Assembly (NCBI GenBank): GCA_021849805.1
Contig: JAJZSL010000010.1
Location: forward strand, 292-64,291
Length of the DNA: 64,000 nt
Direction of reading: 5' to 3'
Source of the DNA: a bacterium
GTDB taxonomy: Bacteria > Verrucomicrobiota > Verrucomicrobiia > Chthoniobacterales > UBA6821
How positions within the stretch are numbered: the first letter of the stretch is position 1; every line of letters begins with the position of its first letter. Shown here piece by piece: positions 42,050 to 53,301 of this stretch. The notes under the pieces were generated by a model. That model searched no databases and had not been told where the DNA came from. It saw nothing but the letters and a program-made list of their open reading frames with translations. A program made the translations under genes and the position numbers.

Positions 42050-43261
42050 TCAAGGGAAGCGAGGAGTAAGAGCTGCAATTCCTGGAAGCTCTTTCCCTTC
42101 GATGAGTTCCAAGGAAGCTCCTCCCCCTGTAGAAATAAAACTCATCATGCTCGCTAAGCCAAATTGTTTAACAGCCGTTACTGAATCACCACCACCAATA
42201 ATAGAGAGAGCTTGGCGATTTGCTGCAATCGCCTCAGCTAGAGAGCGTGTCCCACCGGAAAAATCAGGTATTTCAAAAATACCAACAGGTCCATTCCAGA
42301 GAATCGTTTTTGCGGAAGCAATTTCTTGAGCATAGCGCAAGCGCGTTTCCAAACCAATATCAACACCTTCCCAGCCCTCGGGGACGCCAGCGGTGATGGT
42401 AAGAGGAACATTTTTTGTGGGAACAGCAGCTTGAATAGATTGTACTGCAAGACAATCAAGAGGGAGTAAAAACTTAATAGATCTCTCTTGAGCTTCTACT
42501 AGAAGATCCTTAGCTAGGTCGATTTTATCAGCTTCTACACGGCTGAGTGATGTTTCAATCCCTTGTGCTCTTAGAAAAGTATAGGCCATAGCTCCTCCAA
42601 TGAGGAATGTATCTGCCTTTTGCATGAGGCGTTGAATGACACCAATTTTATCAGAAACCTTAGAACCTCCTAAAATAACAAGGAAAGGACGCTTTGGATT
42701 GTTAAGTTCACCTTCTAAGTATTGAATTTCCTTCTCCATGAGCAAGCCCATTGCTGCTTGAGGAAGGTAAGCTGTTATTCCAGTGGTAGAAGCGTGAGCG
42801 CGATGGGCTGTACCAAAAGCGTCATTAACATAGAGATCTCCCCCAGCAGCAAGTGCTCGAGCAAAGGCAGGATCATTGGCTTCTTCTTCTTGATGAAAGC
42901 GTAGATTCTCTAAAAGTAATACATTCCCCTCCTGGAGAGTAAGAACAGCCTGATCGACTAGTGGACCAACACAGTCAGAAACAAAGTTCACGATTGGTCC
43001 TAACAGTTTGGTAAGGTGCCTTGCTACTGGAGCGAGAGAATATCTGGTTTGAGGCGATCCGTTGGGGCGTCCAAGATGTGAGAGAAGAATAATCTTGGCT
43101 TGATGTTCGAGAAGATAGTGAATCGTTGGAAGAGCTTCTAGGATGCGTGTATCATCGACAATTTCTCCTTGATCATTGAGCGGAACATTAAAATCAGCAC
43201 GTAGGAGAACGCGTTGATGAGCAACTTGGAGGTCACGAAGAGAAAGTTTTTGTGAGTTCAT
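42050..43261 (-). CDS. pgk: Phosphoglycerate kinase
   Basis: RADFNVP, SHLGRP, LLENLRF, NDAFGTAHRAHAS, GGSKVSDKI, STGGGASLE. Confidence 0.99.
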   Translation of the reverse strand: MNSQKLSLRDLQVAHQRVLLRADFNVPLNDQGEIVDDTRILEALPTIHYLLEHQAKIILLSHLGRPNGSPQTRYSLAPVARHLTKLLGPIVNFVSDCVGPLVDQAVLTLQEGNVLLLENLRFHQEEEANDPAFARALAAGGDLYVNDAFGTAHRAHASTTGITAYLPQAAMGLLMEKEIQYLEGELNNPKRPFLVILGGSKVSDKIGVIQRLMQKADTFLIGGAMAYTFLRAQGIETSLSRVEADKIDLAKDLLVEAQERSIKFLLPLDCLAVQSIQAAVPTKNVPLTITAGVPEGWEGVDIGLETRLRYAQEIASAKTILWNGPVGIFEIPDFSGGTRSLAEAIAANRQALSIIGGGDSVTAVKQFGLASMMSFISTGGGASLELIEGKELPGIAALTPRFP

Positions 43262-43267
43262 GAACAG

Positions 43268-44425
<1,158 letters not shown>

Positions 44426-44576
44426 TCAACTGCTATCTTCTTGGCTGGCTCTAGAAGAAGCTGAATGGATCATCATTATTCTTAGCGACAATAAATTTGA
44501 GATTATTGGGTTGATCCTAGCTTGTTTTTATTTTTAGCTTGTTGCTTCCGCACGGAAAGCTCTTCAATCTCCTCTC

Positions 44577-45110
44577 ATGCATTCCAAGAAATCTTCCTCA
44601 CTAAGGCCACATGTTGGTGTGGTGATGGGAAGTGCCTCCGATTGGCCCACCATGATGGAGAGTGCCTCTCTTCTCAGAGAATTTGGTGTACCTCATGAGA
44701 CGCTTGTGCTCTCAGCTCATCGCATGCCATTACAGATGGCTTCTTATGCAACAGAGGCTCAAGAGCGAGGTCTCTTGGCTATTATTGCTGGAGCAGGAGG
44801 AGCAGCACACCTTCCTGGGATGCTTGCTGCTCAGACAGTGCTCCCTGTTCTTGGAGTTCCTATCCAAAGCAAGAGTCTAGGTGGAATCGACTCTCTCCTC
44901 TCTATTGTTCAAATGCCAGCAGGTATTCCTGTTGCTACCTTTGCTATTGGCAGAGCAGGAGCTAGGAATGCAGCCCTTTTTGCTATTGCACTTCTAGCAT
45001 TGCATGATGTTTCCCTTGCGGAAAAATTAAATAGTTTTCGCCATCGAGAAAACAAAAAGGCAGCAACAAGCAAGCTAACATTTTCTTCAACCAAGAAGCA
45101 TCTTTCTTAA
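44577..45110 (+). CDS. purE: N5-carboxyaminoimidazole ribonucleotide mutase
   Basis: [38 protein letters not shown]. Confidence 0.97.
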   Translation: MHSKKSSSLRPHVGVVMGSASDWPTMMESASLLREFGVPHETLVLSAHRMPLQMASYATEAQERGLLAIIAGAGGAAHLPGMLAAQTVLPVLGVPIQSKSLGGIDSLLSIVQMPAGIPVATFAIGRAGARNAALFAIALLALHDVSLAEKLNSFRHRENKKAATSKLTFSSTKKHLS

Positions 45111-45113
45111 TTG

Positions 45114-46097
45114 ATGGAAACAGTTCTCTTGAAGGCAGAGGAGGGAATAGATGCTGCTCTCTGTTTATTAAAAAAAGGGGAAGTTGTTGCTCTGCCCACC
45201 GAAACAGTTTATGGACTCGCTGCCAATGCTTTCTCCCCTAGCGCTGTGGCCTCTCTTTTTCAAGCTAAAGGACGTCCTCTTTCTGATCCTCTGATTCTCC
45301 ATCTGCTTGATGCTTCCTGGTTAGATCTTGTTGTAGAGCTTGATTCTTCTATAAAAGAAGTGGTTTTAGCCTTGGGAGCTGCTTTCTGGCCTGGGCCACT
45401 AACGCTTCTACTACCCCGTCGGGAAACGGTTGCTGATTTGGTAACAGCAGGTCTTCCTCATGTTGCTCTTCGTGTTCCCTTTCATCCTTTTTTCAGAAAA
45501 ATATTATCCAAACTAAAACTTCCCCTTGCAGCTCCAAGTGCTAATCGTTTTGGACATATCAGCCCCACAAGTGCTTCTGATGTGATGGCGGAGCTCCAAG
45601 GGCGTATTCCACTGATCCTTGATGGAGGTCCTTGCCACTATGGAGTAGAGTCAACAATTCTTCGACCTTTCCTGGATGCTCAAGGCGAGATGATGCTTCA
45701 GATTCTACGACCCGGTCCTATTACCGCTTCCATGTTAGAGCCCTTTGGGAAAGTTTTCTCTCAATCCCTACACGGTCAAGCTCCTGGATCACTAGAGAGC
45801 CATTATGCACCACGCAAAAAACTCTTTTGGTATCAAGAGAGAGTAAAATGGCCAGTGCCAAAATCAAAAATTGGGTTACTTGCATTTTCAAAAAGAATTA
45901 CAGGATTTGGAGCTCTTGAGGTTCTCAGTTCTCAAGGTGATCTTAGAGAAGCAGCAGCTTCTCTTTATGGTGCTTTGCGCCGCTTGGATGAAAGTGATGT
46001 TGATTTTTTACTTGCTCAAGAAGTTCCTCCTCTTGGAATAGGAGTGGCCATTATGGATCGCCTTCAGCGAGCAGTTTCTAAAAAACCATTTTTGTAA
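45114..46097 (+). CDS. sua5: L-threonylcarbamoyladenylate synthase (Sua5 type)
   Basis: PTETVYGL, KGRP..PLI.H, FWPGPLT, AAPSAN, GVESTI, APG....HYAP. Confidence 0.95.
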   Translation: METVLLKAEEGIDAALCLLKKGEVVALPTETVYGLAANAFSPSAVASLFQAKGRPLSDPLILHLLDASWLDLVVELDSSIKEVVLALGAAFWPGPLTLLLPRRETVADLVTAGLPHVALRVPFHPFFRKILSKLKLPLAAPSANRFGHISPTSASDVMAELQGRIPLILDGGPCHYGVESTILRPFLDAQGEMMLQILRPGPITASMLEPFGKVFSQSLHGQAPGSLESHYAPRKKLFWYQERVKWPVPKSKIGLLAFSKRITGFGALEVLSSQGDLREAAASLYGALRRLDESDVDFLLAQEVPPLGIGVAIMDRLQRAVSKKPFL

Positions 46098-46111
46098 CAT
46101 TTTCACTAACC

Positions 46112-46214
46112 TTGTAGAAGTGCATTGCGGCGTTACTTTGCTGCTCGAGTCCTCAAGTAGGAGAATGAACGGCGGTTCTACGTTCCTCGTTTCTGGCACT
46201 GTATCGGCTATAAC
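46112..46214 (-). repeat. RPE1-like palindromic element, subfamily C copy 2
   Basis: Reverse complement aligns with 15544-15659; between convergent sua5 and SprT genes. Confidence 0.8.
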
Positions 46215-46264
46215 TTTCTTTGCGCTCTAGTAGCCTTGAGAAAAGGAAGGCCATTTCAATGATC

Positions 46265-46843
46265 CTATTGAGTGAGCTCATAGCGAAATCGTTGGTCATA
46301 CTTTCCTTGAGCATATTGCCGGCAACATTTCAAGCAAGCAATAGCTCGCCTAGGAGCATGCACTCGAGCTAAGATTCCTTGACAAGAGGGACAGCAATAA
46401 AAAAAATTTCGCCGCTGCACCTGGCGCTTTAAAGGGAGTCGATGGGTTGCTTTTTCCTTGGGAATACCTAAATGAAGACATGCTTCCCTCCATTCCTTTC
46501 CATGAGGAGCTATTTTTCTTCTCCCAGAGCGATGATAAGCAAGAAGGTGTGCTAACTCATGGCGTAATATTCTCTCAACATCAGCTCTAGAAATAGCTGC
46601 TACTGCCGGATTGAGATTGATTTCCCAGTTGGCATAGAGAGCTAGTCCAGCTGTTGTTTTCAGTCGTTGATTCCAGTATACAGTAACTTTAGATGCCAGA
46701 GTTGGAGCATAAGGTTGAAGAAGTTCTCTGGCTTTCTGCTCCAGAAGAGGGGCAGGTTGAAGATACGCTTTTTTCTTTTTTTTATTGAGGTGTGCGTGAG
46801 GAAGAGAAAGTCCAGCAAAGCAGTTAAGAAGCTTCAGGAGCAT
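46265..46843 (-). CDS. SprT-like zinc metalloprotease
   Basis: WNQRL.TTAG.A, HELAH, HGKEW, C-terminal Cys cluster. Confidence 0.9.
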   Translation of the reverse strand: MLLKLLNCFAGLSLPHAHLNKKKKKAYLQPAPLLEQKARELLQPYAPTLASKVTVYWNQRLKTTAGLALYANWEINLNPAVAAISRADVERILRHELAHLLAYHRSGRRKIAPHGKEWREACLHLGIPKEKATHRLPLKRQVQRRNFFYCCPSCQGILARVHAPRRAIACLKCCRQYAQGKYDQRFRYELTQ

Positions 46844-46870
46844 GGGAGAGGGGATTCTAGAAGAGGTTAC

Positions 46871-48034
46871 TTATTTTTCAAATGATGGTCGCTGTCTTGC
46901 TAGGACTCTCTCTAGAGCAGCAAGAGTATAGTGAATATCCTCTTGACTTGTTTGCCGTCCTAAGGAGAAACGAACTGCTCCTTGAGCTTCTGAAGCAGGA
47001 ATTCCCATGGCTGCTAGGACATGGGATGATCGAATCGATCCAACCATACAAGCAGAGCCACTTGAAACAGCGATTCCTTCTAAATCGAGAGCTATGAGGA
47101 GCATTTCGCCATCAACATGAGGAAAATGAACGTGGAGTGTATTAAAAAGTGTATGCTCAGCTTTCCCGTGACGGACTACTTGTGGATATATTTGTTGAAT
47201 TCCTCTCCAGAGCACTTCACGAAGCTCTCCTTGGCGTTGAGCCTGAAATCCTAATTCGACCTCCTTGAGGGCAAGGCAAGCTGCTGAGGTCATTCCTACA
47301 ATACTTGCAGTATTTTCAGTTCCAGGACGGCGTTGATTTTCTTGAAAACCACCATAGAAAATCGAATTTATTTCAACTCCAGAGCGCAGCCACAGTAATC
47401 CTGCTCCCCTAGGACCATAAAATTTATGGGCTGTGATTGATAAAGCATCAACTTGAAGTTCTCTTGGCTTGCAACGACGTTTCCCAAAAGTCTGCACTGC
47501 ATCAGTATGAAAGAGGATGCCACGCTCTTGGCAGTGCCTGGCGAGTTTTTCGATGGGCTGAATGACACCAGTTTCATTATTGGCTTCCATAATGGAAACT
47601 AAGATTGTTTCTGGTCGCAGAGCTTCTAAGAAAAGGTTCTCTTCGAGGAGACCTTCTTGATTAACCGGCAAAATGGTAAGCTCAAACCCTTCTTGGTCAC
47701 GCAAGAACTCCATAGCATGTAAGACAGCATGATGTTCGAGTGCAGAGGTGATGAGATGATGCCCACGAGGACGATGCCGTCGAGCTAGTCCTAAAATGGC
47801 AAGATTATCACTTTCAGTCCCCCCAGCTGTAAAGATAACCTCGTGCGGTTTTCCACCTAACCAGTGAGCCCACTGATCGCGAGCTTCATCAATGGCAGCT
47901 CGAACTTGACGACCTGCTTGGTGAATGCTAGAGGGATTGCCATAAGCGCCATCTCTTCCTTCGAGCCATGGAAGCATCGATTCCAGCGCTTCCGGGCATA
48001 AGGGTGTTGTTGCGTTATAATCAAGATAAACCAT
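46871..48034 (-). CDS. iscS: Cysteine desulfurase (IscS/NifS group I)
   Basis: YLDYNATTP, GNPSSIH, GGTESDN, EHHAV, NNETG, HTDAVQ, AHKFYGP, SSGSAC. Confidence 0.93.
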   Translation of the reverse strand: MVYLDYNATTPLCPEALESMLPWLEGRDGAYGNPSSIHQAGRQVRAAIDEARDQWAHWLGGKPHEVIFTAGGTESDNLAILGLARRHRPRGHHLITSALEHHAVLHAMEFLRDQEGFELTILPVNQEGLLEENLFLEALRPETILVSIMEANNETGVIQPIEKLARHCQERGILFHTDAVQTFGKRRCKPRELQVDALSITAHKFYGPRGAGLLWLRSGVEINSIFYGGFQENQRRPGTENTASIVGMTSAACLALKEVELGFQAQRQGELREVLWRGIQQIYPQVVRHGKAEHTLFNTLHVHFPHVDGEMLLIALDLEGIAVSSGSACMVGSIRSSHVLAAMGIPASEAQGAVRFSLGRQTSQEDIHYTLAALERVLARQRPSFEK

Positions 48035-48278
48035 CGTTTCAAGAGCAGTGCTTTGGCTCTAGAAGAGGATAAATCGACTGAAGCTGAAAAAACAACTTTT
48101 CCAAGTAGAAATAATCATCGGAAGTATGTGGACGCTCTGAGTGTAGTCTAGAAAACTTTTGTCAAGTTCAATTAGAAAAGAAAACTAAAGTTATTCCTGT
48201 AGAAGTACCAGTAGTTTTTCGCAATCAGCAGCTACATCCAGATGTTATCTAGGAAGGAGAGTCATTGTATAGAAGTCT

Positions 48279-48839
48279 TCAATGTTTCGAAACAACAGCT
48301 TCAACTTTATAGTTAAAGCTTTTTTTAGCTGGATCCATGTTACTTCTACCAAAATAAATGCAAGAAGTACCAGGATAATTTGCTTTCAAAACAGGCACAC
48401 TGGGCAAGAGTGGACTAAATTCAGTTGTTTCAATTACAACAGGTGGAAGAAAAGGATCGAAAAATTCATTCCACCCAGAGTCGCGTATAATGGTAAAGAG
48501 CGTTCCTGCGAATTTGTTACCACCCTCTTCTTGCCGTTTGATAGCATCTTGAAGATCGATTTGAAAAACATCACCTTTCTTGAGGAAAATCTTTTTTTGA
48601 GAAGGCTCTTGAGAAGAAAAAACTTTTATTGGAGAATCACTAGTGCTTGGAGCAAAAGAGGGAGTGAGAGTAGACGATGAAGATTCTGGAATTTCATGCT
48701 TCTTCTCTGGCACCTGAATCATGGCTCGAGCAGTTTCGTACGAACTAATATTGGAGTAGGAGGACTCCTGTGAGTAGGAAGGAATTATTGCAAGCAGGAG
48801 TAGCAGAACAACGGAGCAGAAGGGCTGGAGGGATTTCAT
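48279..48839 (-). CDS. Hypothetical secreted protein
   Basis: Signal-peptide-like VVLLLLLAIIPSYS, Ser-rich linker, beta-rich C-terminus. Confidence 0.65.
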   Translation of the reverse strand: MKSLQPFCSVVLLLLLAIIPSYSQESSYSNISSYETARAMIQVPEKKHEIPESSSSTLTPSFAPSTSDSPIKVFSSQEPSQKKIFLKKGDVFQIDLQDAIKRQEEGGNKFAGTLFTIIRDSGWNEFFDPFLPPVVIETTEFSPLLPSVPVLKANYPGTSCIYFGRSNMDPAKKSFNYKVEAVVSKH

Positions 48840-48872
48840 TTTCAAGTAATTTATTATTTAATTATTATTTAT

Positions 48873-48900
48873 TTTTTTAGGGATAATTTTTTAGGGATAA
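48873..48900. repeat. 14-bp tandem duplication TTTTTTAGGGATAA x2
   Basis: Read directly: 48873-48886 and 48887-48900. Confidence 0.85.
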
Positions 48901-49037
48901 GAGTGTTAGGAAAAAAAGAATCTACATACCCTTATTAGATTATTAAGAAAGTTCATCCGTGAAAAATCTTTTTTCAAAAAGTTTAAAGAATTTGTTGTTC
49001 ATGAACCTTAGAATAGAGCAGACTGAAATCCTCTTTT

Positions 49038-49454
49038 ATGGACGACTCTATTTTACCGGACTTGCAAGCAGCCATACTTTGTGAAGATGTGCGTGCAGAG
49101 CGAAGTGGACAGCAAACACTGGTTGGAATTCTTGGGGTCATTCCTACTCCGTCACTCCCTATTGGGTTTCTGAAGCTCTCTCTTTGGACTCGCTGGTGTG
49201 GTGGAGTTGGAACGTTCACCCAACGAGCCACGATCCTTGATCCCGAGGAGAAGAATTCTATAGCAGAAGCTTCCATTGATTTTGAACTCAAGCATATGAA
49301 TGCACATGCCACCACTGTTCATTTTTTTGCTGGCCTGCAATTCAAGCGTTTTGGGATTTATTATATCGAAATTTACCTTGATAAGGAATTAAAGCTACGT
49401 CTTCCACTCCCTGTCGTCCAAGTTCAGGAGGAAGATCAAGGGTTCCGTACTTAG
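49038..49454 (+). CDS. Conserved hypothetical protein (DUF6941-like)
   Basis: AILCEDVR.E.SG...L.GI and F...G.Y.IEI pattern. Confidence 0.7.
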   Translation: MDDSILPDLQAAILCEDVRAERSGQQTLVGILGVIPTPSLPIGFLKLSLWTRWCGGVGTFTQRATILDPEEKNSIAEASIDFELKHMNAHATTVHFFAGLQFKRFGIYYIEIYLDKELKLRLPLPVVQVQEEDQGFRT

Positions 49455-49471
49455 TTTTAGTGATTAGATTC

Positions 49472-49500
49472 TTGACAGGTTGTTTCTCTCGACATAAATT
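49472..49500 (+). promoter_or_regulatory. Sigma70-type promoter of rplM-rpsI
   Basis: TTGACA-N17-TAAATT, 35 bp upstream of rplM ATG. Confidence 0.65.
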
Positions 49501-49535
49501 CATCAGCTTTATTTGTAAAAATTAACAATTGATGA

Positions 49536-49967
49536 ATGAAAACTTTCTCTGCAAAAGAATCTGAAATAAAGCGCCAGTGGTGGATCATTGATGCCAAGGG
49601 TCAATACCTTGGTCATGTTGCCACCCACGCAGCAAACCTTCTCCGTGGCAAGCATAAAACTATTTTTACTCCTCATGTAGACACAGGTGACTTTGTTGTA
49701 GTGATTAATGCTGCTGATGTTCAAATCAGCGGGAAAAAAGAAGTCCAAAAGGAGTACATGAGCTTTTCTGGTTTTGTAGGAGGACACAAATCAGAAACTT
49801 TTCGTCAGCGTCGTCAGCGTCGTCCTGAACTCCTCATTGAAAAAGCGGTTAAGGGAATGATTCCTCACAATCGTCTTGGTTCTAAAGTTTACAGAAAACT
49901 CAATGTCTACGCTGGTTCGGAGCATCCTCATCAGGCTCAATCTCCCCAGATTTTCTCAATAAAATAA
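49536..49967 (+). CDS. rplM: 50S ribosomal protein L13
   Basis: W.IIDA.G..LG, LRGKHK..FTPHVDTGD.VVVINA, AVKGMIP, HPHQAQ. Confidence 0.99.
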   Translation: MKTFSAKESEIKRQWWIIDAKGQYLGHVATHAANLLRGKHKTIFTPHVDTGDFVVVINAADVQISGKKEVQKEYMSFSGFVGGHKSETFRQRRQRRPELLIEKAVKGMIPHNRLGSKVYRKLNVYAGSEHPHQAQSPQIFSIK

Positions 49968-50032
49968 ATTTTATTCCAATAAAGTTTTATCTTCACTCAC
50001 ACTGAAGTCTTATAAGTCTTACTCTCATTCCT

Positions 50033-50497
50033 ATGCTCGAAGAAAAAACAGTTACTACCAAAGCAGCTGATCATATTGTCAAAAAGCCTGTTTCCATAAA
50101 ATCACTGAAATCAGGCCCCATGACTTCTACAGGACGTCGTAAAACAGCTGTAGTAACTATTCGCCTTGTTGATGGTTCCGGTAGAATTCGCGTTAATGGC
50201 CGTGATTTTTCAGATTATTTCACTACTATTTCCATGCAAAACAAGGTGTTGAAACCTTTGGATATGGTTCATGCTGTCAAGAGTTATGATATTTTTGCTA
50301 AAGCCCAAGGTGGTGGCCTCAATGGTCAAGCAGGAGCTCTTAGCCTTGCTCTTGCTCGTGCTCTGAATAATATAGATGGAGAGCTTCGTCCTATTCTCAA
50401 GAAAAATGGACTTCTAACACGTGATCCTCGCCGTCGTGAGCGTAATAAGCCCGGTCGTGCTGGTGCACGTAAACGCTTCCAATTCTCTAAACGCTAG
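50033..50497 (+). CDS. rpsI: 30S ribosomal protein S9 (N-terminal extension)
   Basis: TGRRKTA, GGG..GQAGA, LLTRDPR..ER.KPG..ARKRFQFSKR. Confidence 0.99.
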   Translation: MLEEKTVTTKAADHIVKKPVSIKSLKSGPMTSTGRRKTAVVTIRLVDGSGRIRVNGRDFSDYFTTISMQNKVLKPLDMVHAVKSYDIFAKAQGGGLNGQAGALSLALARALNNIDGELRPILKKNGLLTRDPRRRERNKPGRAGARKRFQFSKR

Positions 50498-50784
50498 AGG
50501 ATTTTCATTTGTAATTTTCGTCTATTGAAGCGAGAGAATTTTATTCTCTTTTGTTTCTTACACTCTTTTCTCAAGAGGATGAGTGGCTCTTGAATAACTT
50601 CTATAAATTCCTAGCCTGCTGCTCCTAGCAGTGGTGAGAACTTTTAAAAGTTCTCTAACCATATTTTTTGTGGCATTATCTTAGTTTTTATGTCCACATC
50701 CTCGAGTGTTTTTTATACATGTTGGATTTGTGTTTTTGGTTCCCAATAATCTACCAGTTCTAGAATTTTCAGTGCTCTAGAAAA

Positions 50785-51342
50785 TTGATTCCAGTGACTC
50801 CCATCTATCAATCGAAGGCCTTCTTAATTCGCAAATATCGCTTTTCAGAAACAAGTTTCATTCTTCTTTGGCTCACTCAAAAACATGGCAAAGTGCGAAC
50901 AGTGGCTCAGGGAGCTCTGAAGCGAGAAGGAATTTTTTCCGGAAAATGGGATCTTTTTCTAGAAACGGAGATTTTTTTTCTACTCAATAAGAAAAGTGAT
51001 TTGCATTCTTTGAAAGAAGTTCTTCCTCTGCAACGAGAACAAACCTTAAAGCCTGGCTATCTCACGCTACTAACGGCTTCTTATTTTGCTCAGTTATGTG
51101 ATCTTTTTATTGAGCCCCTAGAACCAGTTCCCGAGCTTTTTGATTTGCTGGCTCGTGCTCTTGGTTTCTTAAGCAAGCATCATCCAACATCGCTTGCCGT
51201 GGAGCATTTTGAAAAAGAATTAGCAAAAGTACTAGGGATCTATGATGCTTCCTCATCAAGGGTCGACTGGTTTCATCGTACTGGAACACTCTTGCCTCCA
51301 AGTCGCAAGAAACTTTTGGAACAACTATCACTCCATCATTGA
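50785..51342 (+). CDS. recO: DNA repair protein RecO (short form)
   Basis: SETS.I..WLT..HGKV...AQGA, FE..L...LG. Confidence 0.85.
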   Translation: MIPVTPIYQSKAFLIRKYRFSETSFILLWLTQKHGKVRTVAQGALKREGIFSGKWDLFLETEIFFLLNKKSDLHSLKEVLPLQREQTLKPGYLTLLTASYFAQLCDLFIEPLEPVPELFDLLARALGFLSKHHPTSLAVEHFEKELAKVLGIYDASSSRVDWFHRTGTLLPPSRKKLLEQLSLHH

Positions 51343-51373
51343 TACCTTTGAACGAACTCCATAAGCTTTTTTG

Positions 51374-52168
51374 ATGAAACAATATCATCGTTTGCTTCGT
51401 CTTGTCTTAGATCATGGAGAAGTCAAGAGCGATCGTACAGGTGTAGGAACACTTTCGATTTTTGGAGCTCAAGAGCGCTTTGATCTTCGAGAAGGATTTC
51501 CCTTACTAACAACAAAAAAACTTCATCTCCGCTCCATCATCCATGAATTACTTTGGTTCTTAGCAGGAGAGACTCATGTTGGATATCTGCAAAAAAATCG
51601 AGTGACCATTTGGGATGAATGGGCTGATGAAGAAGGAAATTTAGGTCGTATTTATGGTGCTCAGTGGCGTGATTGGCGCACAGAGAGCGGCCGCTCTATC
51701 GATCAAATTGAACAGCTCATCAATCAAATCAAAAACAATCCTCATAGTCGTCGCCATTTAGTAACGGCTTGGAATCCTGGAGAACTCGATCAAATGGCTT
51801 TAGCCCCTTGCCATGCTTTGTTCCAATTTTATGTTTCTCAAGGAGAGTTAAGCTGTCAGCTCTATCAGCGTAGTGCGGATCTTTTTTTGGGAGTTCCCTT
51901 CAATATTGCTTCCTACTCTCTTCTAACCATGATGATTGCTCAAGTTTGTGATCTCCAGCCCAAAGAATTTATTCATACCTTTGGTGATCTTCATCTCTAT
52001 CTTAACCATTTGGATCAAGTTAAAGAGCAACTCTCCAGGTCGCCACGAGCACTCCCACAAATGAAGCTCAATCCCCAGGTGAGAAGAATAGAAGATTTTT
52101 GCTATGATGATTTTCAATTGGAAAATTATGATCCTTATCCGGCAATTCAAGCTCCTATTGCTGTGTAA
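51374..52168 (+). CDS. thyA: Thymidylate synthase
   Basis: [44 protein letters not shown]. Confidence 0.99.
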   Translation: MKQYHRLLRLVLDHGEVKSDRTGVGTLSIFGAQERFDLREGFPLLTTKKLHLRSIIHELLWFLAGETHVGYLQKNRVTIWDEWADEEGNLGRIYGAQWRDWRTESGRSIDQIEQLINQIKNNPHSRRHLVTAWNPGELDQMALAPCHALFQFYVSQGELSCQLYQRSADLFLGVPFNIASYSLLTMMIAQVCDLQPKEFIHTFGDLHLYLNHLDQVKEQLSRSPRALPQMKLNPQVRRIEDFCYDDFQLENYDPYPAIQAPIAV

Positions 52169-52264
52169 GGATGAGAGCAATAGTTGCTGTGTTTCCAAAT
52201 TTCACTTCTTTCTTTTGCTGTAGATGATTTCAAAGTGATTGCTCTAATAAGCTAGGTTTACTTG

Positions 52265-52741
52265 ATGAAAGCTATTGTTGCTATGTCAGAAAATTGTGTC
52301 ATCGGTGCTCATGGAAGTATCCCCTGGTACTTGCCAGAGGATTTTCGTTTTTTTAAAAGAATGACCTTGGGCTATCCGATCGTTATGGGTCGAAAGACCT
52401 ATGAGTCGCTTGGGAAGCCACTTCCAGGAAGAAAAAATATTCTTCTCACGCGTCAGTTTCTGACACTTCCTCAAGAAGTTCTTAGTATCCATAGTGTGGA
52501 GGAGCTTTTAAAACTAGAAATTCCTTTGGAAGAAACTTTTGTCATTGGAGGAGCAGAGATTTATCGCTTGCTCCTTCCAAAATGCGATACACTCTTTGTA
52601 ACTCGAGTGCACCGAAACATTTCAGGAGATACTTTTTTCCCACCTTTTGAAGAAGAGTTTCAAAAGCACTCTTGCCTTCTAGAAGCTGAAGAATTCACCA
52701 TCTACGAATATAGGAGAAGAGAGAATCATCTTACTATTTGA
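52265..52741 (+). CDS. folA: Dihydrofolate reductase
   Basis: IPW.LPEDF.FFK..T, MGRKT, PLPGRKN, VIGGAEIY, GDTFFP. Confidence 0.98.
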   Translation: MKAIVAMSENCVIGAHGSIPWYLPEDFRFFKRMTLGYPIVMGRKTYESLGKPLPGRKNILLTRQFLTLPQEVLSIHSVEELLKLEIPLEETFVIGGAEIYRLLLPKCDTLFVTRVHRNISGDTFFPPFEEEFQKHSCLLEAEEFTIYEYRRRENHLTI

Positions 52742-52818
52742 TACATTCTTGAATCTTTTTTTACGTAGATTTTTGATCTTTCGAAAACTGTGGTATTCTT
52801 TTTGTAATATTTGAGTCA

Positions 52819-53301
52819 TTGAACTCTAAAATTTTTACTCCTGTGAATGAGCATATCTATCCTCCAAGACTCTTGAACATCATCTCGCTTTTTGAGTCTT
52901 TATCAGAGTCAGAGCGTCGTGAGATGCTTATTGCTTACGCTGACCAAGCTAAAAACTATGAGCCTAAAGAAGGAGAACTATTCGATTTTGAGGATCTTCG
53001 TAAAGATGAAGAGTGTACTGATTCTGTCGGCGTTTACTTAAAAAAAGATGATCATGCAGGCCTTCTCTTTAAAATAAAATTAGGACCTCATGTTCAAACG
53101 TTGACTCGTGCCATGAGTTCGATTCTTTGTAAAGGTCTACACGGAATCAATCCAGAAGCTCTTGAAATCATCCCTCATGATTTTGTATCTAAAATTGTAG
53201 GGGCTGAACTCATTCGAGTTCGTAGTCAAACAGTTTACTACCTTTTAACACGAATGAAAATGGCCTCTAAAGCGTGGAAGAGAGAAAGAGCTACCCAATG
53301 A
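52819..53301 (+). CDS. SufE-like Fe-S metabolism protein
   Basis: SufE-like layout: F..L...ER.E.LI.YA, single Cys in ECTDSV.V, IL..GL.G..PE. Confidence 0.6.
   Translation: MNSKIFTPVNEHIYPPRLLNIISLFESLSESERREMLIAYADQAKNYEPKEGELFDFEDLRKDEECTDSVGVYLKKDDHAGLLFKIKLGPHVQTLTRAMSSILCKGLHGINPEALEIIPHDFVSKIVGAELIRVRSQTVYYLLTRMKMASKAWKRERATQ

Noticed and set aside
46008-46199. 63-aa ORF with RPE1-like peptide as a real gene
   Set aside because: Starts inside the repeat and runs antisense into sua5; treated as element coding potential only.
50561-50655. Hairpin and perfect palindrome GAGAACTTTTAAAAGTTCTC after rpsI
   Set aside because: Single occurrence in AT-rich DNA; could be termination-related but unsupported.
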